The notes below the pieces were generated by a model. It was not told the origin of the DNA, ran no database searches, and saw only the letters and a program-made list of their open reading frames with translations. The position numbers and the translations under genes were made by a program. 64,000 bases of DNA from Eledone cirrhosa. Its lineage: Eukaryota. The DNA lies in assembly GCA_964016885.1 (NCBI GenBank), contig OZ024742.1:80042001-80106000 (forward strand), in the 5' to 3' direction. Shown here piece by piece: positions 1 through 14,490 of the stretch. Each line of letters opens with the position of its first letter. Positions within the stretch are counted from its first letter, which is position 1.

Positions 1-13
1 ATCACTATTTATA

Positions 14-190
14 TTTACGGCATATAGTTGCATCCCTTTACGTTCAGTCTTGAAATTCCTCCGTGCTTAGCTTTGTCTTTCATTCTTACGGGGTTGATAA
101 AATAAAGTATACGTAACACACTAGAATCAATTTAAGCGAATTCACCCTTCCATAAATTCCCGGCCTTGTACAAATACTAGAATCTATTAT
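14..190 (+). mobile_element. Degenerate tRNA-derived SINE copy (main family of the window)
   Basis: ctttgtctttcattcttacggggttgataaaataaagta...ggccttgtacaaatactagaa matches the body and 3' end of the 3673-3860 copy. Confidence 0.6.
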
Positions 191-1986
191 TGTCATTATA
201 ATACATAAAAACTAAAATAATATTTGAATGCTAATTATCAAATTAATTATAGTTTTAATACGACGATTCCATTTTATTTTTATCTTTACTTAATAAACAT
301 CCGCTGGGATATATAAAATTACAACTCTTGGATGCGAAAATGAGTAAACAGAAATATTGATTAAGAAAAAGATAAAAAACGAAAAAATACTTTCAAACTA
401 CAATTTAATCTCATGATAATAACTATATGTCTTATAAAGGAAGTGAAAAATACAACCCGTGTCTAAATTGCAAGAGAAGAAAATTAAAACCCACACATGC
501 ATCTGAAACTTTGGTTTTGTGACATACTTTTAGCTAGCACTCATACACACACAAGTGCACACACACACACACACACATACACACACATACACACACATAT
601 ACACACACACACGCACATATATACACACATACACACACATACACATGCACACACATATACATACACACACACATATATAATCATAAACATATTGCTGTTT
701 ACGTATTTGCATCAGTAAAGTGACACTGAGGCATGAGTTCGACGAATTTTGCATATTTGAATACATGCGACTAGGTGGCAATGACTATGATCGATAGATA
801 GATGCTTAGATAAATGAAATAAAAAAGAACAATGGTTGATAAGACAGCCAAAGTGTATTTAAAATGTGATATTGTAAATCCACACATTTGGATGAAACAT
901 GCAATCATCAGCACAAGTTGACTACACGTGTTTACTTTACACGCGATAAGATATTAAACAAAGTGTGAAGCACATATTACACTTATATAGAAAAATATGT
1001 CTCTTGAATAATTCACAGATCTATTTGCTGGTTTCAATGTATTCTTACTATTCATATCCTGATATATTTATTCAATAAGTAAAACGAAGTTATATGTTTT
1101 TCACGATAACGTTTATAGCATTTCTTATCAAGCAATTAAATACTAAAACTGACATATTCTGTATAGATATATCAATCACTGATATGTGCTAAATATATGT
1201 CTAATGCTGAGCCATGTCAGGAGATCATTCGTGATGATCTATTATTTTCCATTGTTTAATATTCATTTCTACATGTGTCGCTAATCTCTCTTTAATTGAC
1301 CCTTGACCTATGGGATTCTAAGTATTGATATAACAGTTAAAATCTGGAAAACACTATTCTCGATTAATCCCACTTCATTCCTAGTGGAAGAGAGATATGT
1401 ATTAAGCTTATGAATGTTTGAAGACTCTTCATCCATGAGCACCCGATCTTTTTTTATAATTTTTCTTTAAGTTGTGATTTGTTGGTGTATTGCTCCAGAC
1501 AATTCTTCACTAACCAAATCTTTAACCAAAGAAATTTCCGTTGGATGCAGATCCACTCCATGTTTCCACGCAAGAAGTGCATCCATGCTCAGTTATACTG
1601 ATATATCATTATTTTCTAAGACATATGGTGCATTTTAAGTTATATCTACCTGGTAATTATAGCAGATAGTGCAACAATGTGGAGAGTCCTTCGACCTCTC
1701 ATCACGTCCAGTTTATACATGTAGCCTTTTATTAAATTCTGAAGGTTTATGCCTGTTTTTAAATCCATAGCTGAGAAACTGTATAACATTACTAATGCAA
1801 GCTTTCTAAACACGCATTTAAATTACTAACTTAGTGTTCCTTTATAAAGTAAGCTAATCAACAATCTGTAGTGATTCAGTCGATGCGCTTCACCATCCGC
1901 TGCCAAAAACGCCAAGCTAAATTTAAAATATTTCTCCCTCTGAGGTAGATGAAATAAATTTCCAGTTTAAAACAGGAGTAGAAATA

Positions 1987-3099
1987 TCTATATATATAAA
2001 ACTGATGTTGTCTGTCTGTCTAACTACTAAAACGGTCGGCACACATCTCCTCCTAAACCATACGTTCAAATGTCGGTGAAATTGCTACACTTATAGATGA
2101 AGGTCCGGCGGAGACATCGGTCAAAAACATTTTCAAATCGACCCACGCCAAGCGCAAAAATCGAATTTGTAATGTATTGATTTTTCAGTTGAAATGTATA
2201 AATAGAGATGAGAGACGAGTTATTTCCCTTTTATGGCGTCATTTTCTTATCTATTTATGTTACGTATAAACGACGCGGTGGACGGAGAAGAACAATTTAA
2301 TGCAAAGACAAGACCAAGTTTATGGTGTAAATGGAGTCGTTAGACGAATATTCTATTTAAAATAACAGAATGATTTCCAGCCTCGGAGTTTAAGAATGAT
2401 GTAAATAAAATTGTAAACGAAAATGTCAGGTTATTAAAATAGTTGTTTCTACTTTTGGCACAAGGCCAGTACATTACTGGTACTTTATTTTATCGACTCC
2501 GTAAGGATGAAAGGCAAAGTTAACCTCGACGGGATTTTAACTTTGCCTTAACATAGTAAAAGTAAATAGTGAAGTTTTAGGCCACTTCATACGTATACAT
2601 ACGCACACACAAATACATACACACACACACATACATATATACGTGCGGGCGCGCACGCGTGTGTGTGTAAACCTTATGCATTTCTACAGTATTTTCACCA
2701 AACCTAAGACATAGGTTACTTATGTACTCCAGAGGGTCATGGGCACTTTCAGTTTTCCAGATATTGATTATAGGGCCTCCCGGCAGATAACTCCCTTTAA
2801 CCACTTCCTTGGAGTCGACTGAAGCACTGCAGTGCAATGCAAAAAGACGTCATTACTTCTGGAGTTCACAACCGATTTCACAAAACTTGACACATGGACT
2901 ACGTTTATTCTACAGATGAATGTAAACTCTCAGAATTGGCACATATTGAGTAGGGGACCCCTGGGGGGCAGGAAACCCCTTTTGTAAAAAGCTGATGATT
3001 TTGTAAAAGTATAGTTTTCGAAGCAGCACTGAAGTATTGACATAAATGGTATACACAACTGCTATTTAATACCCGAGCAACGTCGGGTACCTCTGCTAC
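1987..3099 (+). mobile_element. Non-autonomous Helitron
   Basis: Starts A|TCTATATATATAAAAC...gtctgtctgtct. Ends with hairpin CCCGAGCAACGTCGGG (3072-3087) then CTAC|T (decayed CTAG). The hairpin is nearly identical to the 3' end of the Pif1 Helitron at 62077. Confidence 0.8.
2443..2545 (-). mobile_element. 5'-truncated SINE nested in the Helitron
   Basis: Reverse complement of the SINE 3' half (ttgtttctacttttggcacaaggccag...gttaacctcgacgggattt). Confidence 0.85.
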
Positions 3100-3672
3100 T
3101 TATTACTATAAAGCATTGTTGACGTGAATGGAATTACAATAGATGAAAAAATGACTTACTCAAGCTCCTTTTCCCATTCGTTTAATTAAACCTCGAGCTG
3201 ACTTTAAATCGATTAAAAGACAATCATGAACAACAATAAAGAAAATCAAATTTGTCTTTAGTAGATATTTGGTTCGGATTATATACATTTCCTTTGAAAT
3301 CAAAATGTAAAATGCAAGCAAAAATAGATCTACAGTTATTCCATTCTACCACACGTGTATCTATGTTAAATTGCGGGAAACTAACATAAAGGTTATTGCC
3401 GACTTATTGGGCACAATACGATGGTAGTTGAAATTTATCTATGTTTATCTCTATTTTAATAGAAAACATTGCAGCCAAGACCACGCCACCTTTATTTTAA
3501 ACAATGTATAGAGGACTCAAGTGCAGGAATGTAAGCGTTTTTCCCCTAATAGGTCAAGTGATCAGGTAGAAACAACTTTTCATTTATTTCGCTTCTAACT
3601 TCACCGCCCAAAGTTAGAAATATTTTATTTATATGTATGACAATGTCATTCATTATTATGTCTATCTATAAA

Positions 3673-3860
3673 GGGCGGTGGATTGGCAGTATCGGTAGAG
3701 GGTCGGACGCCATGCTTTGACGCAAAGAGTTACGGCCATTGCCATTCTGAGTTCAAATCCCGCCGAGGTTAACTTTGCCTTTCATCCTTACGGGGTTCGA
3801 TAAAATAGTGTACCAGTAATGTACTGGGTAATTGCTGGCTTGTGCCAAAAGTAGAAACAA
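3673..3860 (+). mobile_element. Full-length tRNA-derived SINE (central domain resembles the MetaSINE domain)
   Basis: A-box-like TGGCAGTATCGG, B-box GAGTTCAAATC, central gcctttcatccttacggggt(t)cgataaaat; about 14-bp TSD tatgtctatct(a/g)ta; many copies in the window. Confidence 0.9.
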
Positions 3861-4662
3861 TGATTATATGTCTATCTGTATTAATTAGCATTCAAATTGA
3901 TGCATCAAAACAAATAAATTAGCAATATACACGAATTTCTCATTTTCATACACTTTAGGACAGAGCAATTTGTAGGTAATATTGAATATATCCGACAAAC
4001 AGATGTGTTGAAAAGATATTATTATGATAAATAAAATATACCATTGGCAGTTTGAACTATAGCGGAGTTTCATACTCCACATATATCTGGCAATAATAGT
4101 TGTAGTCCACTATTCAATAATTAATTTCTACACAGAAAAGGAGAAGGATTGAATAGTAGTCATAATAGTCTATCCACCAAATCATCGGTAATATAAGAAC
4201 TGAAGTCAAGCTAGGCATTCATTTATTCCATTGTTGGTCATTATTTGTATTCATCTTAGAAGTGTAGTTTCTTCTTCTTTCTAACGGCTTCCATCCTTAC
4301 ACATGATCGTATTTCTATTGCAGTGGAACACTTTTATAGTTCTTTGTTATTGTCTTGTTGAAAAGACACTTAATTAGTATTAGACATATTCCAGTTATAC
4401 AGCTTCACATTTATTTTATCAAACGAGCGAAATGAAATGCAAAAGCTGTAACATTCTGTCCTGCATATCTGTCAGTGAATTAGCTAATTACCTGAGCATG
4501 TCACTACCCTTTCATTGTATCAAATCCCAGAAGGAAGAGAAACTAAATGAAACTAGAGAAAACTCAATCTTAGATGCGAAAGTTTCTGATCTCAGCAATG
4601 TTCTTATGGGCAAACATCTTGCTATTGTATTTATTCTCTCGTGGTGTATTAAAAACTATCGA

Positions 4663-4719
<57 letters not shown>

Positions 4720-4724
4720 TATAT

Positions 4725-4935
4725 GGGATAATATTTAACCCCGACAGCAGAGCTCAAGCCGTTTAGACGGCTATTTCTGGACTAAAACTATCTTAGTCCA
4801 GAAATAGCCATCGAAACGGCTTGAGCTCTGCCGTCGGGGTTAAACATGTTCCTATTACCCACTCTACTACCCTAAGTATTGAGTACTCTGGTGCGTTATG
4901 GTCCATCTGGTTCCTTACCACACCTCCTTCGTTAT
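4725..4935 (+). mobile_element. Short fold-back element, family A, carrying the 3' half of a hammerhead
   Basis: Inverted arms of about 55 bp (4734-4788 / 4794-4844); GAAACGGC-ttgagctct-GCCGTC at 4813-4835; flanked by (TA)n; homologous to 31453-31630 and 49176-49373. Confidence 0.8.
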
Positions 4936-4938
4936 ATG

Positions 4939-4996
<58 letters not shown>

Positions 4997-6724
4997 GATT
5001 TCTCTCAATAATAAAATATAATATCCATTTTCTGACGGGTATTGCAATGATTATCGTAGTTGTAGCAAGACACGCAGTTACATTGTGCTTGGTATACTTG
5101 CTAGAAACAACAGCCAAATATCCCCCAAGTCACATTCACCTGTTATATATATTGAGGGATCCTAAAGTAATATTAAAATCAATATATTAATTGCTAGAAT
5201 AAATATGATTAGAGTTCTGCTGCATTAGAGTTGATTTCATGCCAAACACCAGCAGCAATACTTTTTAAGTGCACTCGAAACATGCGTGATTCTCTGTATC
5301 ACATCCATACTCTACACTGGCTAAGAGACAGGACAGCAGACCTAGATTTAACCTGACCAACAAGTTAACCTGAATAATGCAGTCACTTTCTATATTTCTG
5401 ACATCTTCAACTCCAAAATTAGCAATGTTACGTGTTTTAACCAATGACCTTTTTGCGATACCATATATATATATATCGATCAGATTAAATTCAAAGTGCA
5501 GTTCCGCGATAGACAACTGGGAGATGATTCATTCAACATAAGCTTTTCATGTACGGTCAACACTAAATCTGACATCGATCCCTGATTAGGTTGGCCATAC
5601 ACATCGAATTTCAATATTTTAGGATTTGACGAGAACAACAGCACATACCGCATATGTCATAATATTAAAACCACACTTATAGAATTCAGAAAGTTTGTTT
5701 CACTAAACACCCTATAGATCCTCCTGACGCTACATAGCATACGTACACACAAACTAACCCACGCAATACACTCTAACATTGACACATACACACACACACA
5801 CATATATATATATATAAACGCACAAACACAAACACACACACACACACACATATATATATACAGATATATACATGCACGCGTGCACATACACCCAGCACCC
5901 AACAAACACACACATATATATATATATATAACGATAATGATCTACTGACATTTATGTCACTAAAAAAATTATTTGCATAAAACTTAATTTTCAGTTAATA
6001 AAATTCTGGAAGAAGAACAAATTGAAATTAGATATATACATAAAAATGCTATCAATTAACTTTTACAAAGAAAAAAGAAAATAGTACATACCATATTTCA
6101 ATAAAAGTCAAAATACATAGAAAAATATTGAAATATGTTTTAAACTATCGGATAGAGTTACCAACGAAATGTGTCTGTGTTTCATTTTTTATGTATTGAA
6201 ACAGTCAGAGATAATAGTTCTCAATTGATCAAAAAAGTTACAAACAAAAGCAGAAGCTGATCAAAACCAAAAGCTACAAAACCTGATTTAAAATAAATGT
6301 CGTCACAATTGATAAACAAGATTTTAATGTTAAATTTTGACAAGTATAATATTTGCGGTGATGGGTTGAGGAAGTGTCTATATACCTGAATGCTGAAAAA
6401 AAGAGAAAGAAAAATATCGTCTGATGTAGTCTCTACGTTACCGCTTGACTTGTTAGAAATAGCAATCACATTTACTTCAAATTTCACAGTACTGCATTGA
6501 ATACAATGGACTAAAAGGCTACTTTGAATAATGTTTTCTCAGATACGTTTCATCTAAAATTAAGATATATGTGGAAGTCTCTTTATTATATATCTGCATA
6601 TCTGTTTAATTATTTTTGTGTGATCGCATCAATTTCTCGAAAAACTCTAATCGCATGCCACACTCTGAAACAAAATAAAACATATCAGTTATTAAAATCT
6701 TAAGAAAATTTTAAAATATGGCAA

Positions 6725-7060
6725 ATCATCTATATAATTCCACTCTTCTTTCCAGCATCTGACCAATCACCAACCTCATCCATTTCCTGTTAAATATTGT
6801 CATCTCCATCCGCTCGTAATCGTCTATGAATTCAGTTTTGTCCAATCTGAACCAATTACCGTTTCCGAGGTAATTCACCTCTTCTATAGACCTCTTTATC
6901 TCCCAGTAAGTAGTATTTTCACTCTAGTAATATCTCTCATGACATACAAACTGGAACTTTTTCCAGCTCTTACATACAATAGAACAACTGTTCAGAATTC
7001 CCCAACACTACAGCAGAAAGCAAAAATAATTGCCCTTTCCAGGTTGCCGATTAAGTTACC
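6725..7060 (-). pseudogene. Highly decayed LINE RT C-terminal relic
   Basis: Minus strand reads IEEVNYLG...IHRRLRA-like, similar to the RT end/thumb of RTE-type LINEs; broken frame. Confidence 0.3.
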
Positions 7061-7102
7061 CATATCTAAAGTAAGGTTATGCATATTATTACATATACAA
7101 GA

Positions 7103-7283
7103 GGATGTTGGATTGACAGTATCGGTAGATCATCAGACACTATACTCTGTGGCATAGAATTATATCCCTTTACGCTCTGAGTTCAAATCAGTCCAAGGTT
7201 TTAATCCTTACGGTGTTGATAGAATAAATCACCAGTAATGCACTGGAGTAATTGCTGGTCTAGTGCCAAATGTAATAACAATT
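7103..7283 (+). mobile_element. SINE copy (diverged)
   Basis: ggattgacagtatcggtaga...gagttcaaatc...atccttacggtgttgataga...gtaattgctggtctagtgccaaa. Confidence 0.8.
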
Positions 7284-7799
7284 ATGACTAACATTAGTGT
7301 TCATGTTATTACATTTATAGTTGTTAGGATCCTCAAAGTTGCTAATGGTAAGCACATTCTTACTGAAGGTGTGTTGTACCTAACATTTTTGGTTATTTCA
7401 GAATGGAAAACAATATTGAGAATATCTGGGACGCATTACCATAACGGAAAATACAATCTTCTCTGTTTTACTTTTTAGACAATTATTTTTATACTTTTTA
7501 AAATTAGATGTAGCAAAAATGCCATCGAGAACAATAACAACACACTTAAATTCACGCAAAACATCCAATGAAGAAAACTCATCCTACAAGTATGAATAAT
7601 AAAGTGAACAGAATTAGATGCATAAACACCCGAAATGAAAAGCCCACACTGCTCTACTTACATATAGAATTCACTATTAGTAATAACAGAAACAACAGCA
7701 TTCATATAAACAGACAATGGCACAATTACATACAAATGAACGCATGAATCACCCAACAACATGAGCAAGGTGATGTTGATAGACTCTACATAAAGAGAT

Positions 7800-8220
7800 T
7801 TGAAACTGGAAGAGGTTTTATCAGAGTGTGTAGGGAGGACTCTGTTCAGATGGAGAAGAGCGGTTTATACAAAAGCCAGTACTCAGGGCTGTATTGTAGG
7901 AGAAGACAATAGACCACAGGAGGTCCAAGAAAGTAGTAACAAATCAGAGAAAGAAACCTTTGAAGAAAACAGAATTTAGAGATCTGCAGATATGGGAAAG
8001 GTTAAAGAAAGGGAATCTTAAGAAAGCTACAGAGGGGATACTACTGGCTGTTCAAGTTAAAGATATTTGAACGAAGTGGACGAAACCTCATATTGACATT
8101 GATGAGGTTAGCCCGCTATGTAGGATCTGTGGATAAAGTGAGGAAAATTTTGCTTAGATGGTATCCGAGTTTAAACAAGTTACCCGCACTCATTATATAG
8201 GATTGGGCACAATATCACAG
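7800..8220 (+). pseudogene. Decayed Dong/R4-type LINE fragment (pre-CCHC and CCHC region)
   Basis: Aligns by eye to 43230-43660 (gaatttagagatctgcagatatgg...cttaagaaagctacaga...tgtaggatctgtgga...gtatccgagtttaaaca). Confidence 0.7.
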
Positions 8221-11002
8221 GAAAAGTGATCCTTTGAGATTCATGCAAACTGGATAATTTAACACATTCTGAGAAATGGAATGTGCATTAGCCAGTGTCG
8301 GTGATATGAAAAACGTGTGAATGTGTCTATGTTCAATTGAATGATACAAAAAGTCTGGGAGATGATATGTTTTTTTTTTATCCCGAGGTTGGAAAAGCAT
8401 GAGCAGACATACATTCACGATCTTGTTATTATTTTCAGGAAAACCGAATCCTGAGAGGCCTGCATTTTTCAATGTATCCTATTTATTTAGATTTTACAAT
8501 ATGATTTGAAAAAGATTCGGATGGTCTTTCTAGAAAAACGATCCACCATTGAACTTTTCTAATATGCTTGAAGTCGAAGTGAATCATATAATTCAAGGCT
8601 TACCTTGAGCATTATCAGGTAAAATGAGACATCAGGCACAATAGATTTTTAAATTCTTATTAATAAGTGTGGAATTGGACGTAACACGACTTTAAATTAG
8701 TATTTAAGCCGTTAGTCATGTTCTTCCTAACTAACATTCACATAAATATGGGTGTACTGTATGAAAAGATATTCATAAAATTATTAAATGTCTTGTTTAA
8801 TATTTATATAAATCTCATATTGTATTTCTTATTCAATACAAGATGAAATATGTGTGATGCACCCATTTTGTTTCCAAATACATCTGAGAGAACTAAAGAG
8901 AAAGGCTGTATTAACTACTTATTTGACATACGGGTGATATTATATATCACTTCAAATGTTATGTAATGATTGGTATACACCTATATTTGATTATTGTAAT
9001 ATTATTAGAAGAGATAAAAGTGAAAGATCATAGATTCTAAAATCTATCACAATATTCTTGCCATAGTCGTATGTAATTAACGAGTCTTACTTCTGTATGC
9101 ATTGATGTTATAAGAGAAAAACTTAATTAAAGGCTTAAAAGGCAGAAGTTTAGATGACATGATAAATGTTTAGAGTTAATAAGAGTCAAATTGCTAGAGC
9201 AAAATATTGATTTATTTTGATACCTTACACAAATTATCTATTACTATGACTTAATTTAATCCTTTTACATGTCTTCGTGACGTGATTGAAATGTCTTCTA
9301 TCCAACTCCATACGGAAAAGCTAATATCGCACTGAGTGTTTGATGCTATAATGTATAATGGAATATGTATACGGATTCTAGTTCATTTCAATTAAATTCT
9401 GTTAAATTTAATTCAATTCAATTCACACCAGTCCTATCCAATTCTATTTAATTTATTCTCTGAAATTATATATGTATTTTCCATTTAATTATAACACTAA
9501 AAAGAGAAAAATGCTAAGACACCGAATTGGATGTATCTAAGAGTTGACGGTTGGGATATCTTGGCATATGTGGTCTGGAACTCAGTGTTCTGATTTCAAA
9601 TTCTGTCGTGTCCAATTCGAGTGGGAGACTTAATATGCTCCCTTTTTAACCACTCACCAATGAGTTTTATCGAAGTACATTCCATTGCTAGGTTTTGGCG
9701 GAGATCATCGGTTTAAGAATACATTCCATCCTTCTTCCCTCACTCTCTTCTGTCTTGGATACTCGGAAAAAGAGACGGCTCAGTGGTTATGCCACGAAAT
9801 AATTACAATTCTATTTAGATAGGATACTATACATATGTAGGAAACACTTTTCGTTTTGTATCTATCTCTCAAACTATTTTACGGTAAATCGTGTGTTGAA
9901 ACTGGTATTGGTGTAATTTGTTAGGATCATGCTCTTAATCCGAAAACACGCACCGATAAAGTTTCAGTTCAATTTTCATAGTAATTATATAAAATTAACA
10001 CATTTTTGGATTAATTAGATACTCACAATAAATAACATCCCGGCAAACACCGCCCGTTATAAGAGATAAAACAGCACGCATTCACACTGAACTCAAAATA
10101 CACATCAACATTTAACTTCCAAATCTACCACTCATAATTTGGGTGGATTCTGTCTCTCAATGGCTGTAGTCTACAGAGCCCGCACCCTACCACTTGTTCC
10201 TTCATAACTCATCCAGAGGAATTATTCTGACATTACAGTTAATGAATTTGAGGTTAAATTGCTTCAGAATGCACACACCATTGAGGTCAAGAAATAAAGA
10301 TTAAAGTTACTTATCTCTTTTCATTTGGAGGCTCAATGGTCAAGGTTTTCCCAACATTAATTAGAGCATCTTAGACAAAACAACACCTTACCGCCCCAGG
10401 AAACCCAACAGCCAGCTTTGCCTTCATGACCGATTGGACATATTGCAACAATCCGCAATATCCATCAACAACAAAATCGACTCAAGATTTCCCAGCCACT
10501 GAACAAAGTATTAGTTAACGAATTTCAAATCACCGTACCCGACTGTTCTACAAAGAACACACCTTTTGTGTATATGCGGCACAGGCCGACCCTACACTCG
10601 AACAAACATATTCACCCTGAAAAACGGCTACAGCATTCAAATCGACACAAGCACACATATGACGGACATCAACAGAAGATTAAAGCATAATATCTGTTAG
10701 AATTAACGGCAGCGTCAAAGTGCTTCAGGATATATTTGATATCTTTGAAGTTCTCACCTTCTTCATTACCAAATGATTTATAGAAACAATGGAGGCTGTT
10801 AATAGCATAAACCTATCATTTGATCTCTGACGTGTTAGGTTTACTTATTTCTAAACAGTTGAACTTGTGGAGCGTGTTTAACTTAACAAAACAACTAGTA
10901 ATGCAAAGATATATCAAGCTGTCAATACTGATCTCTCAACATCTACATTATGAGCAGATTTCTACTTTCGTTATACACACACAAACTTAGACGAACAGTC
11001 AC

Positions 11003-11289
<287 letters not shown>

Positions 11290-11633
11290 ATTACATAAAC
11301 GGAGAAAGCTAATAGCGATACTCCGACCAATTTCCAACTTACTCAACAAACATTGGGAAATACCGGAGTATATTCCCAATTAAACGTTTGGAGTGCTAAC
11401 TATATTGTATTGTGTGGATAATTGGCTGTATTATTTTATATGAGATATATTAAATATCTTCTTTCCCAAACGAATCGTTTCATTGTAAGATTTCTACATG
11501 GTGGGTGAAATTATACCAAGTTATGTAGAAACTTGTGTAAGATCAATGGATTCTTATGCAAGTGGGATCTTACAAATCTTCAGTGGGTGCCCAATAATAT
11601 TAATATTAATAACTAAATCAACATCAATATTTA

Positions 11634-11813
11634 GCGATTGGCAGTATCGGTAGAGGGTCGGACGCCATGCTTTGCAGCACAGTTACGTCCCTTTACGGAC
11701 TGAGTTCAAATCCCGCCGAGGTTAACTTTGCCTTTCATCCTTACGGGGTCGATAAAATAAAGTACCAGTAATACACTGAAATAATTTCTGGCCTTGTGCC
11801 AAAAGTAGAAACA
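11634..11813 (+). mobile_element. SINE copy with 13-bp TSD
   Basis: Family consensus; TSD aatatttagcgat at 11626-11638 and 11814-11826. Confidence 0.9.
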
Positions 11814-11920
11814 AATATTTAGCGATAATCACCATCAGTGCTAGAAGGAGCTGTTAGGTTGTAAGTCCAGCAGTTCGAAAGAAAATCTCACACCGTCCCC
11901 AAAATGGGAGGAGGAGGCAG

Positions 11921-12127
11921 TAGGAATTTATGTCGATTTGTCACTATATATATATAGTGAGCAATTTATGTCGATTTGTCACCATATATATATATATATA
12001 GTGAGGAATTTATGTCGATTTGTCACCATATATATATATATATTTATATATTGAGGAATTTATGTCGATTTGTCACCATAGGCACTGAACCAACGGACAT
12101 TTTTGATATTGCCCACTACATAACTGA
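11921..12127. repeat. Four staggered copies of a ~28-bp element end separated by (TA)n
   Basis: gaggaatttatgtcgatttgtcac(c)ata at about 11921, 11957, 12001 and 12052; only the last copy continues. Confidence 0.85.
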
Positions 12128-12735
12128 TTTAAACGTAGGGATGCCAGGTGCGCAGAGAACTCCATTCGGAGCATATTATAGTGTTTCGTCCATAGGAACG
12201 CACAGGCTGAAAGAATCAGAGATATTTAAAAATTCCAACATTTTGACAAAGTAACATCTGAGATCATAACAATTCATTTCATTTGGATCAAAATATTATG
12301 TTTTCGACCGCCGAAAGCATTTGCCCACCACAAGTATTATATATTGGTTTTGGCAAATAGGAATACAACTTACTTATCAACAGTTAGTCCTACTGACAGT
12401 CAGATTTTCTGTCTTATACAGAGGTGAGCATTGCAACTGCTTTCGACACTTGTCCGACAAGAAATTGTCTATCGGGAGGATATTAAAAGTAACCACAACT
12501 CACTCAGCCTATCAAAAGCAAATCTACCGGTCAAGTGATGATGCTGTGAATAATACACTGGGGAATTTAGATCGATTTCATGTAATAGAAAATATTCGAT
12601 ATCGTCTCCTATATAATTGCTCAATGGTGGCGATGCCATGTGTGTGTATATTTCTCTTTGGAGAAGATGTACTGATTCGTTGATAGGAATGCCGCATTCA
12701 TTTAGAATGAACAGGCGGATAATATCAAATGTAAC

Positions 12736-14490
12736 TATCTCTCTGTCAGCCGGGGGTGGGGGCGGGGATGCCGTTTTGCTGCGGAAACACCTGGACCTCG
12801 TAACACAGACGTTATATCTGGACCCGGAGGGTCGACTGGTGGTCATAGACGTTGACGGTGGTGAAGGTGGAGCCTTCAGGCTGGTGGCCGCATATGCCCC
12901 ATCCGGGACACCGCGGCCAGACTTCTTCAAACGTCTAGAGACTTTTCTGGGAACGTCCCGCTCTCTGATGTTAGTGGTAGACTGGAATGGAATCCTAGAT
13001 GCACATTGGGACTATGTGGGAGCATGTCCCGATAGAGGGGGGTGTAACAGCCTCAAACAGTTAATCGGCCAATTTTAACTGGCCGATAGATTTCGACTAG
13101 ATTTTACTGAAGGAATACGAAAGGTTCACAGGAGCGAAGCTGAACCGGGACAGATCCGTCGGTTTACAACTCGGAACGTGGAGAGGCAAACCGATGCCTT
13201 CCGATGGCGTCGTCGGACGCTGGACGGACGGACCGGTAAAGCTGCTCGGGGTCTCGTTTGGTCCGGCACTCCAGGTGGAGAACAAACTGGAACGAGGTGA
13301 CGGCCAAGGTGATTGCGCTCACCCAGAAGTGGGCCGATTGGAAACTATCCTTCAAAGGTCGAGCGGAGGTGGCGAACACTTTTATAACATCCGTCATCTA
13401 CTACCGCTTGACCGTCGTAAGTTGTCCAGCCAAAACGGTCACCAACATGGAGCGCGCGCTCTTCCAATTCCTTTGGAAGAAACGGGCTCCTTTGATGAAA
13501 AGATCCATCTGCTGCCAACACCCTGACCGAGCTGCAGTCCTAGGTCAAGCAAAGACCGAGGAAAATGGGTGACTGGCACATCAAATATGACCAGGCGCTC
13601 ACAGTCCTCTGGTAAACGGACCCGGCGATCAGTGGAGACTCCACTTCGTCATTCTATAGAGGGTTGGTCTGCAGCAGGTGCGACGATGCGCTCGGAGAAA
13701 TTCTGGGCGTAGAGGATGACAAACTGGCAGTCTGTTCGGTAGGACCTTCCGCCCGGGACCGATGGAAAACTTCCAAAAGTCCCTGGCCTGGCAGTGGTAC
13801 CGAGGATCTCTTCCAGTTCGAGACAAGCTCAACAGACACGGGCGCCCGGGCAGGACCCTTCGGAAAAGATCTGTCCGAGATGCGTGCGCGACGAGGAAAC
13901 CGTTGCGCACGCATTTGTACACTGCCAGAACGACTATCATCGCTCGTGGGACCTATTCAGTTGACCACCGAGTCCATTGTCATGATCAAATGGCCACTCT
14001 CCTTAAAAAACTAAGGAGAGGCGGTTTTCCTATGTGTTATGGCTATGGTGAAAGAGGTTATATGGTGGACGAGGTTAAAAGGGCTGAGGTCAGATACCTT
14101 TCTCTCTGGCGAACAACTGATTCGTTTTTTCAAATATCATTTTGGAAGAAGAATCAGGATGGAGACAGAGGTGCTGTACCCCAGCACATTTTATTAAAGG
14201 TAGGTGAATGTGGCAAAGTTGGGCCGAGTGGTTGGGCCTTCTCTCTATATAAGCCTGTAGGTTGAGGAAAAAGAGGAAGAGATGAAGGGAGTACTCACTG
14301 TTGGTGTTCCTAGAGATGAGGGTTGTACATTTTTTCGGGGTGTGTACAACCCCTGTGTAACGCCTCCCCCTATTGGGGATTTCAATTGTTATTTGTTATT
14401 TTATTAATAGTTTTAATTTCATATATCTGTATGTAAACTCCCCATTTGTATTTGTCCCCTTCTTTTGTGCCCTTGTGGCTAATAAATAAA
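12736..14490 (+). mobile_element. 5'-truncated, internally deleted L1/Tx1-clade LINE
   Basis: Homologous to 16757-20279. Jumps from APE to late RT at about 13100 (~1.6 kb deleted), second deletion near 13524; ends gcccttgtggctaataaataaa + (TCTA)n. Confidence 0.9.

Noticed and set aside
10380-10700. Possible decayed GIY-YIG (Penelope) relic
   Set aside because: Only a faint Y.G.TGR.L-like trace with no continuous frame
11921-12080. CRISPR-like array of ~28-bp repeats
   Set aside because: Spacers are plain (TA)n, the context is eukaryotic and there are no cas genes
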